This document shows, in pieces, positions 39,355 through 49,302 of a DNA stretch of 64,000 nucleotides (its first letter is position 1; each line of letters opens with the position of its first letter). This stretch comes from Smithellaceae bacterium (GTDB lineage Bacteria; Desulfobacterota; Syntrophia; Syntrophales; Smithellaceae). The DNA lies in assembly GCA_963667845.2 (NCBI GenBank), contig CAXXVL010000002.1:2560001-2624000 (forward strand), read 5' to 3'. The notes under the pieces were generated by a model that saw nothing but the letters and a program-made list of their open reading frames with translations, had not been told where the DNA came from and ran no database searches. The position numbers were made by a program, and so were the translations under genes.

Positions 39355-40167
39355 TCACGGTTTCATCTTCCTCATCATGTTTGCCACGGTCAGCTCCAGC
39401 GTGAGTTCCCGGCCGATGGCCATGTTGGGCGCGAAATTGCGGATGAAGTCAATTTCTTCATCTGTCGGATGCGGCGTCTCGGACAGGTCGTCGGCGATTT
39501 TCAGATCCCAGGGCACACCCTTTTGGACATCTTTCACTTTTACTTTCGGGTGGATCTGGGCGAGATAAATTTCCCTGCTGACGGGGTCAAACCGGAAAAT
39601 GCCCTTGGTGGTGAGGACCATGGACGGCCCCGATCCTTTCGGAAAAAGACCGGATTTTTCCCGGCTGTCGCCGCCTCGCAGATAGCCGGGCGACGTCATG
39701 TAGTCCAGCGTGTTGACAAAATTGCCGCCCAGCATCGTGAAGACCGTGCGTTTTGCGTAAGACAGAAAATCAGCGGCGCCGCCGGAGCCCGGCAAGCGCA
39801 GGGTTGGTTTGTAATAATCGCCGATAACCGTCGTATTGACATTGCCGAACTTGTCGATCTGCCCCACACCCAGAAAGCACACATCGACAAAGCCGCGATA
39901 CGTCATCGTAAAAGCAGAGTATAAATCCGTTGCATAAGAGAAGCCACGGCAGGCATTGGCGTCCGCAATGTGGTTCAGCGGAAGAAGAGGCTTGAAGTCG
40001 ATAATGCCCGATTCCATCATCAGCGTCGCGTGCGGTGCATAGAGGGCCTTGGCCAGCGCGCCCGCGGCTGTCGGCAGTCCCACGCCCAGAATTACATTTT
40101 CATGATCATGGATTTCCTTGGCGACGGCGATGATCAGCAGTTCCTGAAGGGTATAGGGTTTAGTCAT
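39355..40167 (-). CDS. Family I CoA-transferase beta subunit (glutaconate CoA-transferase B-like)
   Basis: GVGLP, MESG catalytic Glu, GQIDKFGNVN, RLPGSGGA. Confidence 0.88.
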   Translation of the reverse strand: MTKPYTLQELLIIAVAKEIHDHENVILGVGLPTAAGALAKALYAPHATLMMESGIIDFKPLLPLNHIADANACRGFSYATDLYSAFTMTYRGFVDVCFLGVGQIDKFGNVNTTVIGDYYKPTLRLPGSGGAADFLSYAKRTVFTMLGGNFVNTLDYMTSPGYLRGGDSREKSGLFPKGSGPSMVLTTKGIFRFDPVSREIYLAQIHPKVKVKDVQKGVPWDLKIADDLSETPHPTDEEIDFIRNFAPNMAIGRELTLELTVANMMRKMKP

Positions 40168-41206
40168 AGTATTTGCCTCTTTCCTGCAAAATCGCTTCTA
40201 TCTCCGGCCGGGTGAGTCCCATGAAGATTTCACGGCCCTCGCGATCCCAGCGGGAGGTAAAAGCCGCGCCGTAATTGGCCGGAGCGGAATAAAACGCTTT
40301 AGCCTTGATGTTGTTGAGAACGGCACTGCCGAATTTGCCGATATAGCGGTCGATATACGCCGCCCGGTTTTCACAGCCCAGGACCCATTCGTCTATCCAG
40401 GCGGTGAGGCCTTTCGCCGTCGAATCGGCCTTTATAAACAGGCCGTACATGGACGCGTCACGGTCATAATAACCCAGCACTTCCGTGGGGTGGGCTCCCC
40501 ACGGTACTTCCACCACGGCATCCACGCGGTAGGCGGGGAGGATCGTCAGATTCGGGCTGGATTGAATGATGTCGTGCTCGACGATTTCCTCGCAGGACAC
40601 GATGATCCGGCGGCTGGCCAGCGCCGCCGCGGCTACGCTGCCGAGCGCGCCCCAGTACTGAGCGTTGCCGAATTTGTCGGCGCGCTGCACGTGAACAATG
40701 CAGACGTCGGGATTGGCCGCGGGAACGGTCAGGAGCGTTTTGCCGGTGTACGGGCAGGTGATGACGCGGAATTTGTCTTCGCCCAGGAAGCTTCTTTTGC
40801 GGAAGAGGTCGGTTTCGATTACGCCTTCCAGCACCTGGGTAAACGTCAGGCCATGCATGCCGGCGACGAGTCGTGCGTTGTAGTCGAAGTTGGTGTAATC
40901 CTCCATCTGAAGCGTTCCTTTATTTAGCGCCCGCTCGACGGCGGAGCCGCCTTTTCGGCCGCCCGCGCGCATGACGTAAGTCGTTACGAGCTTCTCCACA
41001 CATCCCGCGCCGACCAGGACTTCGACGTCAAAGATGCCGGATTGAGAATAGAGCGTGAAGCCCTTCCGCTGCTGCCGGACCACCTCATATACCAGTTCGG
41101 CGCAGCTGCCGACGGTGTAGTTCCCGATGACGAGTTGATCCCCGTCATGGACAAACCGGGAGACTGCCTCTTGCGCAGTCATAATTTTATTGCCTGTCTC
41201 CTCCAT
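40160..41206 (-). CDS. Family I CoA-transferase alpha subunit (glutaconate CoA-transferase A-like)
   Basis: VHDGD, CPYTG...VPA.NPDV.IVHVQRADKFGN, PWGAHPT. Confidence 0.88.
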   Translation of the reverse strand: MEETGNKIMTAQEAVSRFVHDGDQLVIGNYTVGSCAELVYEVVRQQRKGFTLYSQSGIFDVEVLVGAGCVEKLVTTYVMRAGGRKGGSAVERALNKGTLQMEDYTNFDYNARLVAGMHGLTFTQVLEGVIETDLFRKRSFLGEDKFRVITCPYTGKTLLTVPAANPDVCIVHVQRADKFGNAQYWGALGSVAAAALASRRIIVSCEEIVEHDIIQSSPNLTILPAYRVDAVVEVPWGAHPTEVLGYYDRDASMYGLFIKADSTAKGLTAWIDEWVLGCENRAAYIDRYIGKFGSAVLNNIKAKAFYSAPANYGAAFTSRWDREGREIFMGLTRPEIEAILQERGKYYD

Positions 41207-41222
41207 GCTTTTCTCCTCATGA

Positions 41223-42143
41223 TTATAGTTTAAGGGACAATTGCCGTTCGATCGGAAAACGGGAGCGCAATTCGCTCAGGGTGGGAATGCCGCGACGGCC
41301 TCCTATTTGCGTGCTGACCAGGCTTGCCGCCCAGGCCGCGAGATCGAGGGACTTCTCGGCATTCCAGCCGTGCACGATGCCGTACGTGAGGCCGGCATGA
41401 AAGACGTCGCCGCAGCCGGTGGTGTCGATTGCCTCCACGGGGTAGGCCTCCCGATAGATGAAACGCCCGTCGATGAGGGCCAGATATCCCCTCGCGCCAA
41501 GTGTCACGCCCGCCAGGCGCACGCCCATGTCGGCAAGTTTCTGGCAGGTTTCCTGATGTGTTTCGGCAAAGGCATTGGAAAAAGTTTCCGAGGTCACAAA
41601 ACAATCGCTGCATCCGGCGATTTCCAGCATGCCTTCGCGCAGCGTTCCCGCATCCACAATGACGGGGATGCCCGCTTCCTTTGCCTTGCGGCAGGCAAAG
41701 ATGGACGCATCGGGAAACAGGCCGTCGACATGCAACGCCGAACTTTTCCGAAGAAGGTCTACATCGATTTCTTCAGGCTGCAGTGTCCGACCGGTTGGCC
41801 GCTGCCAGAAGATCGTCCGGCGGGCTCTCTGGGGTTCACTGATGACGAAGGCAAATTGGGAGATCTCCTTCGGCCGAGTCGTGAGGCCGCTCGTGTCGAT
41901 GTTTTCGTCCACAAGGGATGCGGCAATTTGCGCGCCGAAGCTGTCATCGCCTACGACGCCCGCCATGTGGCAGTCGAGCCCCCAGCGTTTGAGCGCAACC
42001 AGGGCCGTCGCCACGGGTCCGCCGCACTGGATCGTCAGATTGGAAAATTCACATTTCACATCCGGCAGCGGATAGGCGGAGATCAAACCGATATAATCGA
42101 GCGAACACTGACCGATACCGAAGACATGGGGCTTTTCGTTCAT
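41223..42143 (-). CDS. PfkB family carbohydrate kinase
   Basis: GGPVATA, GVVGDD.FG, VTLGARG, IDTTGCGDVF. Confidence 0.9.
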   Translation of the reverse strand: MNEKPHVFGIGQCSLDYIGLISAYPLPDVKCEFSNLTIQCGGPVATALVALKRWGLDCHMAGVVGDDSFGAQIAASLVDENIDTSGLTTRPKEISQFAFVISEPQRARRTIFWQRPTGRTLQPEEIDVDLLRKSSALHVDGLFPDASIFACRKAKEAGIPVIVDAGTLREGMLEIAGCSDCFVTSETFSNAFAETHQETCQKLADMGVRLAGVTLGARGYLALIDGRFIYREAYPVEAIDTTGCGDVFHAGLTYGIVHGWNAEKSLDLAAWAASLVSTQIGGRRGIPTLSELRSRFPIERQLSLKL

Positions 42144-42437
42144 GGCAATATCCTTTCCTTGGGTCTATTGACTACCATGCGGAAGGGGAAATGTGAAAAT
42201 AAAATGCAAAAAAAATAAAAGATAGCAAACAGAAAAATATTGATAAGTATTTCAATCGGCTATATTGAGCACCTCATAAAAGTTTTCCAAATATGACCCC
42301 GGAAGAAATCGCCGTCGTGGAGGGGCTTGTGTGGCCGGTATTATTTCTTGTAAAATCGAGTCATCGCAGTTGAGCCGGGGCATACCCGGAGCGAATATGA
42401 CCGAAATATTGTGGCTCCTGGCGAAGCAGCGGATTCG

Positions 42438-42550
42438 ATTTCTAAATAAAGCGCTATCTTTGTTGGCGTCGTTGTCGGCGTCCTCAACGTATTCGTGATA
42501 CGTCTCGTCGCCGCCGCCTAGCCGCCGCGATATCATCTTTATTAAGAAAT
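42438..42550 (+). repeat. Family B hairpin element
   Basis: Diverged core CTTTGTTGGCGTCG.TGTCGGC.TCCTC..CGTA; ends ATTTCTAAATAAAG / CTTTATTAAGAAAT. Confidence 0.65.
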
Positions 42551-42564
42551 GAATAATATGGTAT

Positions 42565-42670
42565 GAACTGTTTAAGCCGAAGGCGAGTTTTCGGCTGCAG
42601 CCCGAGCGAGCATAGAGCCACAGTTGCAGGGCATTCTGAGCGATGGGTATGCACCGGCTCAACTGCTACC
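42565..42670 (-). repeat. Diverged partial family A repeat
   Basis: GAACTGTTTAAGCCGAAGGCGAGTTTTCGGCTG...AACTGCTACC parallels 28561-28787. Confidence 0.65.
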
Positions 42671-42735
42671 GCGCAGTATTGAATGACAATCAGCCCCGTC
42701 TCTTTTACGAAATCAAGGGCGATGGAACAGGAAGA

Positions 42736-43692
42736 ATGCATAACGAACAAATCGAACTCTGGCAGCATCATCACGTATTTAACGCTGAGAAAAAAGCAGT
42801 CGAAAAACGAACTTTAATCGTCGTGATCATCACGTTCATCACCATGGTCGCGGAAATAGTAGTCGGCTGGATGTCCAATTCCATGGCGCTCCTGGCTGAT
42901 GGCTGGCATATGGGAACGCATGCCTTTGCCCTTGGCATATCACTGGCGGCGTATATTATGGCCAGAAAATATGCCCGGGACGAGACCTTTACGTTTGGAA
43001 CATGGAAAATTGAAATACTGGGCGGCTATACGAGCGCCGTTGTGCTGGGCATCGTTGCCCTGGCGATGATCTTTTCTTCCGTCGAGAGAATTCTTCATCC
43101 CCTGACCATCCATTACAATCAGGCGTTGCTTGTCGCGATTTTAGGCTTGCTCGTCAACCTGGCCTGCGCTTTCATCCTCAATAGCGGCGGCCATGCCCAT
43201 GATCATGAGCATCATCATCCAGGCGAAGATGAGCATGCCCATCATCACCATGCACATGAAGATCTGAATTTGAAATCGGCCTATTTGCATGTCGTGGCGG
43301 ATGCTCTGACGTCCGTGCTGGCCGTCGTTGCCTTAGTCGGCGCAAAATATTTTCAATTGGTCTGGCTGGACCCGTTTATGGGGATAGTCGGAGCGGGCTT
43401 AATTCTGCGCTGGTCGTTTATGTTATTGAAGGGCACGGGAAATATTCTGTTGGAGCGTGAGACGAATGGCGAAATAGCCGATGAAATCAAAAAAGAAATT
43501 GAATCCGATGGAGATTCGAAGATATGTGATTTACACCTCTGGAAGGTGGCGCAAAATAAATATGCCTGCATTTTGTCCGTGGTGACGTCGAAGGATATTT
43601 CCACTGAAGAATACAGAGCGCGTTTAAGCGGCGTTCATGAATTGACGCACCTAACCATTGAGGTCAATGAATGCCGGACGCGGCCGCACTGA
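42736..43692 (+). CDS. dmeF: CDF family Co(II)/Ni(II) efflux transporter
   Basis: SMALLADGWHMGTH, His-rich loop, NLKSAYLHVVADALTS. Confidence 0.88.
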   Translation: MHNEQIELWQHHHVFNAEKKAVEKRTLIVVIITFITMVAEIVVGWMSNSMALLADGWHMGTHAFALGISLAAYIMARKYARDETFTFGTWKIEILGGYTSAVVLGIVALAMIFSSVERILHPLTIHYNQALLVAILGLLVNLACAFILNSGGHAHDHEHHHPGEDEHAHHHHAHEDLNLKSAYLHVVADALTSVLAVVALVGAKYFQLVWLDPFMGIVGAGLILRWSFMLLKGTGNILLERETNGEIADEIKKEIESDGDSKICDLHLWKVAQNKYACILSVVTSKDISTEEYRARLSGVHELTHLTIEVNECRTRPH

Positions 43693-43743
43693 GGCAGGGC
43701 GGGAAACCGAATATCGACATCACATGTAGGATTGGAGAAGATA

Positions 43744-44391
43744 ATGACCATACCGTTTACTGTCGAGCAGTTTTTCGCAGTTTTCCGAAACTATAATGAA
43801 GCCATCTGGCCTGCCCAGATCATTGCTTATATCCTGGGAATTGCGGCTCTTGTTCTGGCCGTGCGAAAGGTCAACCTGGCAGACCGCATCATCAGCGCGA
43901 TTCTGGCGATTTTCTGGGTTTGGATGGGCATTTTCTACCACATTCTCCATTTCAGTGTGATTAATCCGGCTGCCTGGGTTTTCGGAATCGTTTTCATTCT
44001 GCAGGGTCTGCTCTTTCTTGCGGCGGGGACTTTTCTGGGAAAGCTCTCCTTCCGCTTTACGGCGGAACCACTGCCGATAATTGGAGCGTTATTTATTCTT
44101 TATGCCATGGTCATTTATCCCGTCCTGGGCATCATCTTCGGCCACTTGTACCCCGCGGCGCCCATGTTTGGTGTTGCTCCCTGTCCGACAACGATTTTTA
44201 CGATCGGGATTTTATTGTGGACAGTCAAGAAAGTGCCCGGCTACCTCCTCGTCATTCCCTTTCTCTGGTCTTTGATCGGCATGAGCGCAGCGATCAATCT
44301 GCGGGTTCCTCAGGATTATGGGCTGGTTGTTGCCGTTGTTATCGGCACGGTCCTCATTTTGGTTCGCAACCGCAGAGCAGGGCAGGCATAA
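43744..44391 (+). CDS. Membrane protein (DUF6064-like)
   Basis: PFT.EQFF.VF..YN.AIWP.Q, FGVAPCPTTIFT.G motifs; many TM segments. Confidence 0.75.
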   Translation: MTIPFTVEQFFAVFRNYNEAIWPAQIIAYILGIAALVLAVRKVNLADRIISAILAIFWVWMGIFYHILHFSVINPAAWVFGIVFILQGLLFLAAGTFLGKLSFRFTAEPLPIIGALFILYAMVIYPVLGIIFGHLYPAAPMFGVAPCPTTIFTIGILLWTVKKVPGYLLVIPFLWSLIGMSAAINLRVPQDYGLVVAVVIGTVLILVRNRRAGQA

Positions 44392-44446
44392 ACCAGTTTT
44401 CAATGCACAGTTGACAAAAGCGATGATGCTTGGTAAATGAGAACAC

Positions 44447-44530
44447 AAATTCGGGGTGGCAGGGGCGTTGTCCTTGTCTGAGATCATACCCATTGAACCT
44501 GATCCGGGTAATGCCGGCGAAGGGAGAATA
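44447..44530 (+). ncRNA. TPP riboswitch
   Basis: GGGGTG...CTGAGA..ATACCC.TTGAACCTGATCCGGGTAATGCCGGCGAAGGGA consensus upstream of thiM. Confidence 0.95.
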
Positions 44531-44544
44531 GAGATGCCCGATTT

Positions 44545-44577
44545 AACCCTTTCTCCCGCACGGCGAAAGGGTTTTTT
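44545..44577 (+). terminator. Riboswitch expression-platform terminator
   Basis: AACCCTTTC...GAAAGGGTTTTTT. Confidence 0.75.
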
Positions 44578-44725
44578 ATTATACCGATGTGCCTTCTTCG
44601 GCTAACTTTGTTGGCGTCGTCGTCGGCTTCCTCGACGTATAACCTGAAGGTCACGCGTCACTTATACGCCTGCGGAGCCTCCTCCTGGCCGCCTCGTTAT
44701 CCTTTGAAGTCAATCGGTATAATAA
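44576..44725 (+). repeat. Family B hairpin/MITE-like element with 13-bp terminal inverted repeats
   Basis: TTATTATACCGAT / ATCGGTATAATAA ends; family B core. Confidence 0.7.
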
Positions 44726-44750
44726 CGACATTACAAAAGGAGACACTTTT

Positions 44751-45554
44751 ATGAAGATAACCGCGGCAGAGATTTTCAAATCGGTGGAAGACGTCAGGGC
44801 GAAGAGCCCTCTCATCCATAATATCACCAATTACGTGGTGATGAACAATACGGCCAACGCGCTCCTGGCCATCGGCGCTTCACCGGTGATGATCCACGCC
44901 GAAGAAGAAGTGGAAGACATCGCCGCGATCGCTTCCGCGCTCGTCATCAATATTGGTACGATGAGCCCTCCCTGGGTCCGGGGCATGTTTAAAGCTTTTG
45001 CCAAAGCGGTATCCAAAGGCGTGCCCGTGGTCATCGATCCGGTCGGCGCGGGGGCGACACCCTACCGAACGCAGACGATTCGTGAGTTGATCGGTGCGGG
45101 CAGGCCTTCGATTATCCGGGGCAATGCCTCCGAAATCATGGCGCTTACGGATGACCGGCTCACGACGAAAGGTGTGGACAGTACGGCCGCCTCCAATGAG
45201 GCGCTTCAGGCCGCGCAGTACATCAGCGAAAAACATCAGTGCACCGTATGCGTGAGCGGCGCCGTCGATTACATTATAGACGGTGCACGGATGTTGAAGA
45301 TCGCCAACGGCCATCCGCTGATGACCAAAGTTACGGGTCTGGGCTGTACGGCAAGCGCCTTGTGCGGCGCCTTTGCCGCGGTGGAAAAAGATGCAATGAT
45401 GGCGGCGGCGAAGGCGATGTCGGTGATGGGCATCGCCGGAGAAATGGCGGCTTCCCTGTCCGCGGGTCCCGGTTCGCTGCAAATGCATTTTCTGGATATC
45501 CTGTATCGGCTCAGCCAATCCGATATCGCGGGGCGTTTAAAAATAGAGGAGTAG
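44751..45554 (+). CDS. thiM: Hydroxyethylthiazole kinase
   Basis: PLIHNITNYV, ANALLAIGASPVM, DPVGAGAT, RGNASEI, VTGLGC. Confidence 0.95.
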   Translation: MKITAAEIFKSVEDVRAKSPLIHNITNYVVMNNTANALLAIGASPVMIHAEEEVEDIAAIASALVINIGTMSPPWVRGMFKAFAKAVSKGVPVVIDPVGAGATPYRTQTIRELIGAGRPSIIRGNASEIMALTDDRLTTKGVDSTAASNEALQAAQYISEKHQCTVCVSGAVDYIIDGARMLKIANGHPLMTKVTGLGCTASALCGAFAAVEKDAMMAAAKAMSVMGIAGEMAASLSAGPGSLQMHFLDILYRLSQSDIAGRLKIEE

Positions 45555-45556
45555 CC

Positions 45557-46180
45557 ATGCACGGTGTTTATCTGGTAACGGATCGCGGCCTGTGCCGCAG
45601 CCGATCCCTGCAGGATGTTGTCATGCAGGCTGTGAAGGGCGGTGCTGCTTATGTCCAGTTGCGTGAAAAGGACTTGACGACACGCGCTTTTGTGGAAGAA
45701 GCCATCTGGATCAAAAAAATGCTCGTTCCTCATCGCGTGCCGCTGATTATCAATGACCGGATTGATGTGGCGCTGGCATCAGGCGCTGAGGGCGTGCATA
45801 TCGGCCAGGAAGACATGCCGTACAAAACGGCACGCCGCCTGATGGGCCCGAAGGCCATTATCGGGCTGTCGGTGGAAACATGGAAAGATGTTGAGGTGAG
45901 CGAGAAACTCGACGTCGATTACATCGGAGTCAGTCCCGTTTTTGCGACGCCGACCAAGACGGATACGAAAGAGCCCTGGGGACTCGACGGACTCCGGAGA
46001 ATTAAAGCGGCGAGCCGACATCCGCTGGTCGCCATCGGCGGGATCAATGCCGAAAATGCCCGGGCGGTCATCGAAGCGGGGGCGGATGCTCTCGCCGTCG
46101 TATCGGCCATCTGCGCGGCAGACGACCCCGAAGCGGCAACGCGCGAAATATTAAATGCGTTCACGAGCCGCAATCAGTAA
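45557..46180 (+). CDS. thiE: Thiamine-phosphate synthase
   Basis: VQLREK, INDRIDVALA, GVHIGQED, PVF.TPTK, VAIGGI. Confidence 0.95.
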   Translation: MHGVYLVTDRGLCRSRSLQDVVMQAVKGGAAYVQLREKDLTTRAFVEEAIWIKKMLVPHRVPLIINDRIDVALASGAEGVHIGQEDMPYKTARRLMGPKAIIGLSVETWKDVEVSEKLDVDYIGVSPVFATPTKTDTKEPWGLDGLRRIKAASRHPLVAIGGINAENARAVIEAGADALAVVSAICAADDPEAATREILNAFTSRNQ

Positions 46181-46364
46181 GCATTTCTCCCGGGTGTTTC
46201 CTGATGAAGCGCGAAAATGCGGGTAATCTCTCTTGACAAAACCCGACCGTGAAATTACTAATTTACTAATGGAATCAGGGCGACCTCAGAGTCTTACTTT
46301 GACAGGTCAAATTTTCCTTCCGGGAAATATCAACGTTAGAGGCAGGGAAGAGGAAGAAAAACGA

Positions 46365-46742
46365 ATGGGTGTGAAGGTTCAGAGAAGTCTCATCGTGTAT
46401 GCTGTTTTACTCTTCTATCTTTGCACGCCTGTCATCGACAGTATGATCTGCGCTGACTGTGCCGGTAACGTTCCTTTTCAGGGTAAAACAACGATCTCGC
46501 ACATGAAGACTCTGCACACAGATGTCAGCTATTCCCGGAAAGGGGAAACGAAATCCGAAACTACCGCAGATCAGGATCATAAAACGATTTGTTCAATCTG
46601 TGCCAATGTTGTTATGGACGCAGAAAGCTCTTCCGTCAATCCACCCGCCATCACGGCGCAAAGTCATGATGCCCAGGTATTCGATGTGATTTCCGATCCG
46701 CATTGTCCCATCGACAAACCACCTCAGAACTGCCTCGTATAA
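46365..46742 (+). CDS. Cys/His-rich secreted protein upstream of heavy-metal RND operon (CzcI-like position)
   Basis: N-terminal hydrophobic segment, CADC and CSIC, C-terminal PIDKPP. Confidence 0.6.
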   Translation: MGVKVQRSLIVYAVLLFYLCTPVIDSMICADCAGNVPFQGKTTISHMKTLHTDVSYSRKGETKSETTADQDHKTICSICANVVMDAESSSVNPPAITAQSHDAQVFDVISDPHCPIDKPPQNCLV

Positions 46743-46834
46743 GCCCTTCTTTGCAGAGAGTGTTGACAGAATTGCACCCTATTTTCTGTCAAACTATTTC
46801 TGCCTGATTCAAACGTTCTATACGAGGTCAACAC

Positions 46835-48064
46835 ATGCAGAATTTGATCATTTCAATTTTATTAATGTTTATTCTTGTCAGTCCGGCTTATCCGCTAACC
46901 ATGGATGAGGCGGCTAAGCATGCCCTTGCACAAAATCCCGATCTTCGCGCCATGAGATTCGAAGAAGATATTGCCAGAGGTCAACTGGAAAAAGCGCAGC
47001 TGCTTTTAATCAATAACCCGACCCTTGAGGGAAATATATCAAAAAAGGACAGACCTGAAGGGGAGAGCGGCGGCGCCTTTACCAACTATGGATTTAAGCT
47101 CTCCCAGGAATTTGAAGTCGCCGGGCAGAGGGGATCGAGGATCGCGGTCGCGAAAAATGAGCTCGAAAGAGTAAGAGCCGAAATTAAGAATAAAGAACGG
47201 GTGCTCACGGCAGAAGTGAAAGACGCATTTGCCAAAGTTCTTGCCTTAAAGAAGAAGCAGGGATTGGCGCAAGAGATCGTCGGTCTGAAAGAAGAGCTGC
47301 TTGGCTATACCAGGATCAAGTTTCAGGCAGGCGATGTAGCCCGTCTGGATGTAAACCTTGCCGAGGTGGAAGTGAGTAAGGCGAAAAGAGATCTTCTCCA
47401 GAGCCTGCGGGAATACAGGGAATCCCTTCTTGCCTTGCAGGGCTTGCTTGGCTTGTCACCCGATCTGTCGGCCGCGATCCAGGGCGTCCTGCCTTCAGAA
47501 GCGCCGGCTTTGCCCGATAAAAAGGTCCTGAAGGAATTGGCTTTTACGCAGAGACCCGATGCCAGGGCGAACCTGCTGGAAATAGACAGGAGCAAAGCTG
47601 CACTTACGCTGGCTAAAAAAGAAGTCATTCCGAATGTTACGATTGCCGGTTTTTACGATAAAGACGAATTGCGAAATATTGTCGGTATGGAGATATCTAT
47701 TCCTTTTCCCCTCTTTGACCGGAAACAGGCCCAAAAGAAAGAAGCGTACGCCAGGTCTGAGGGGGCAAAAATAAAGTCAGACGGACTGAAGAAGGCGATT
47801 GAGCGCGAAGTCGAGCAGGCCTGCGGTGATTTGACAACGGCCGTCGAGGAGCTGACACTTTTCAAAAAAGAAATTATTGAGAAAGCCGCCGAGAACCTGA
47901 ATCTTCTGAATCTGGCCTACAAGGAAGGCAAGGTCGGATTCTTTGAAGTGCGGCTGGCTCAGAAGGACATGATTGAGGCGCAGTTCACCTATATTGAAGT
48001 ACAGACAAAGACACAGCTGGCGCTTAATGCAATGGAAAAAACGATCGGGGGAGCACTGAAATGA
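46835..48064 (+). CDS. czcC: TolC-family outer membrane protein (CzcC-like)
   Basis: Signal peptide, ALAQNPDL, PFPLFDR, YKEG; first gene of RND triad. Confidence 0.85.
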   Translation: MQNLIISILLMFILVSPAYPLTMDEAAKHALAQNPDLRAMRFEEDIARGQLEKAQLLLINNPTLEGNISKKDRPEGESGGAFTNYGFKLSQEFEVAGQRGSRIAVAKNELERVRAEIKNKERVLTAEVKDAFAKVLALKKKQGLAQEIVGLKEELLGYTRIKFQAGDVARLDVNLAEVEVSKAKRDLLQSLREYRESLLALQGLLGLSPDLSAAIQGVLPSEAPALPDKKVLKELAFTQRPDARANLLEIDRSKAALTLAKKEVIPNVTIAGFYDKDELRNIVGMEISIPFPLFDRKQAQKKEAYARSEGAKIKSDGLKKAIEREVEQACGDLTTAVEELTLFKKEIIEKAAENLNLLNLAYKEGKVGFFEVRLAQKDMIEAQFTYIEVQTKTQLALNAMEKTIGGALK

Positions 48065-49302
48065 TACTGCGATATGGAAATATGGCGAAACGGACGATAC
48101 TTATTGCATTCATTCTTCTATCGGCAGTTGTCGTCTTAACCGCAGGATGCGGAAAGAAGGAAGCCCATGAGGACGGAGTCAACAAAACGGCCCAAAAGCA
48201 TGAACCCGGACACAAGGGAAATGACCGGAAAGAAGAGCAGGGCGTGGTGACGCTGTCGCCCGAAATGCAAAAGTCTTCAGGAATAGAGGTCAGACCCGTA
48301 GTCCTCGAGAGCGCGGCAGTTCCCTTCTCGGCGACGGCGGCCATTGAGATGAACATGGACAGAACCGCCCGAATCAGCACCCGGGTCGCGGGAAAGGCGG
48401 TAAAGATCAATGTATCCCAGGGTGACAGAGTAAAAACGAGCCAGATTCTCGCCTGGCTTGATTCTGTCGAGCTCGATCAGATCTGGAGCGATTATCGCAA
48501 GGCGCAGGGCAGGCTGGAACTGGCCAGGAAAACTCTGCGGCGGGAAGAAACGCTGTTCCAGAAAGAAGTATCTCCGGAAAAGGATGTGCTGAGGGCTCGC
48601 CAGGAACTGGATGAAGCCGAGACGGAAGTAAATCTTGCCAGGGAACGCTTCCGGCTGGTTGGTATCGACGTGTCTCAGTATGCCGCAACCAGAGGCAGCG
48701 GCAGTCATCCCCTTGTTCCTGTTGCCTCGCCCGCGGGCGGGGTCGTCATCGAAAAGGCGATTACCCTGGGCGAAGTTGTTCATCCCGACAAGACCCTCTT
48801 TCTGGTCGCCGATCTTTCGACGCTCTGGGTGGCAATCGATGTTTACGAAAAAGATATGTCCAGGCTCAAGGTCGGGACGGACGTGAAAGTGTCGATCACG
48901 GCGTTTCCCGACAAGGTCTTCAAGGGGAAGATATCCTACGTTGCCGATATCGTCGATGAAAGAACAAGAACCGAAAAAGCGCGGGTCACCATCGACAACC
49001 GCAGCGGTCTGCTCAAGCCCGGCATGTTTGCAACAGTCATTGCCGAACCGGGAAACGGCGGGACCGAGCGGCTGATCGTAATTCCGGAAGAAGCTATGCA
49101 GATCGACGGGGCGGCACGCTATGTCTTCGTTCGGGTCTCCCCCGACAAATTCGCGAGAAGAGATATCGAAACCGGCCGGTCCTTCGGAAAGAACCTGGAG
49201 GTTATCAGAGGACTCAAGGAAGGCGACGTTTTTGCCGTCAAGGGCGCCTTCATCCTGAAATCCGAACTTAAAAAGGGCGAATTGGAAGGGGATGCGCACT
49301 GA
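48061..49302 (+). CDS. czcB: RND efflux periplasmic adaptor (CzcB-like); start may be ATG 48082
   Basis: AGC lipobox, SP.GGVV.EK, VADLSTLWV, LKPGMF. Confidence 0.88.
   Translation: MILRYGNMAKRTILIAFILLSAVVVLTAGCGKKEAHEDGVNKTAQKHEPGHKGNDRKEEQGVVTLSPEMQKSSGIEVRPVVLESAAVPFSATAAIEMNMDRTARISTRVAGKAVKINVSQGDRVKTSQILAWLDSVELDQIWSDYRKAQGRLELARKTLRREETLFQKEVSPEKDVLRARQELDEAETEVNLARERFRLVGIDVSQYAATRGSGSHPLVPVASPAGGVVIEKAITLGEVVHPDKTLFLVADLSTLWVAIDVYEKDMSRLKVGTDVKVSITAFPDKVFKGKISYVADIVDERTRTEKARVTIDNRSGLLKPGMFATVIAEPGNGGTERLIVIPEEAMQIDGAARYVFVRVSPDKFARRDIETGRSFGKNLEVIRGLKEGDVFAVKGAFILKSELKKGELEGDAH

Noticed and set aside
45239..45556. N-terminal extension of thiE
   Set aside because: Overlaps thiM; the GAGGAG RBS supports ATG 45557. 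Upstream extensions of the ORFs starting at 20459, 35824, 38194 and 42643 were trimmed similarly.
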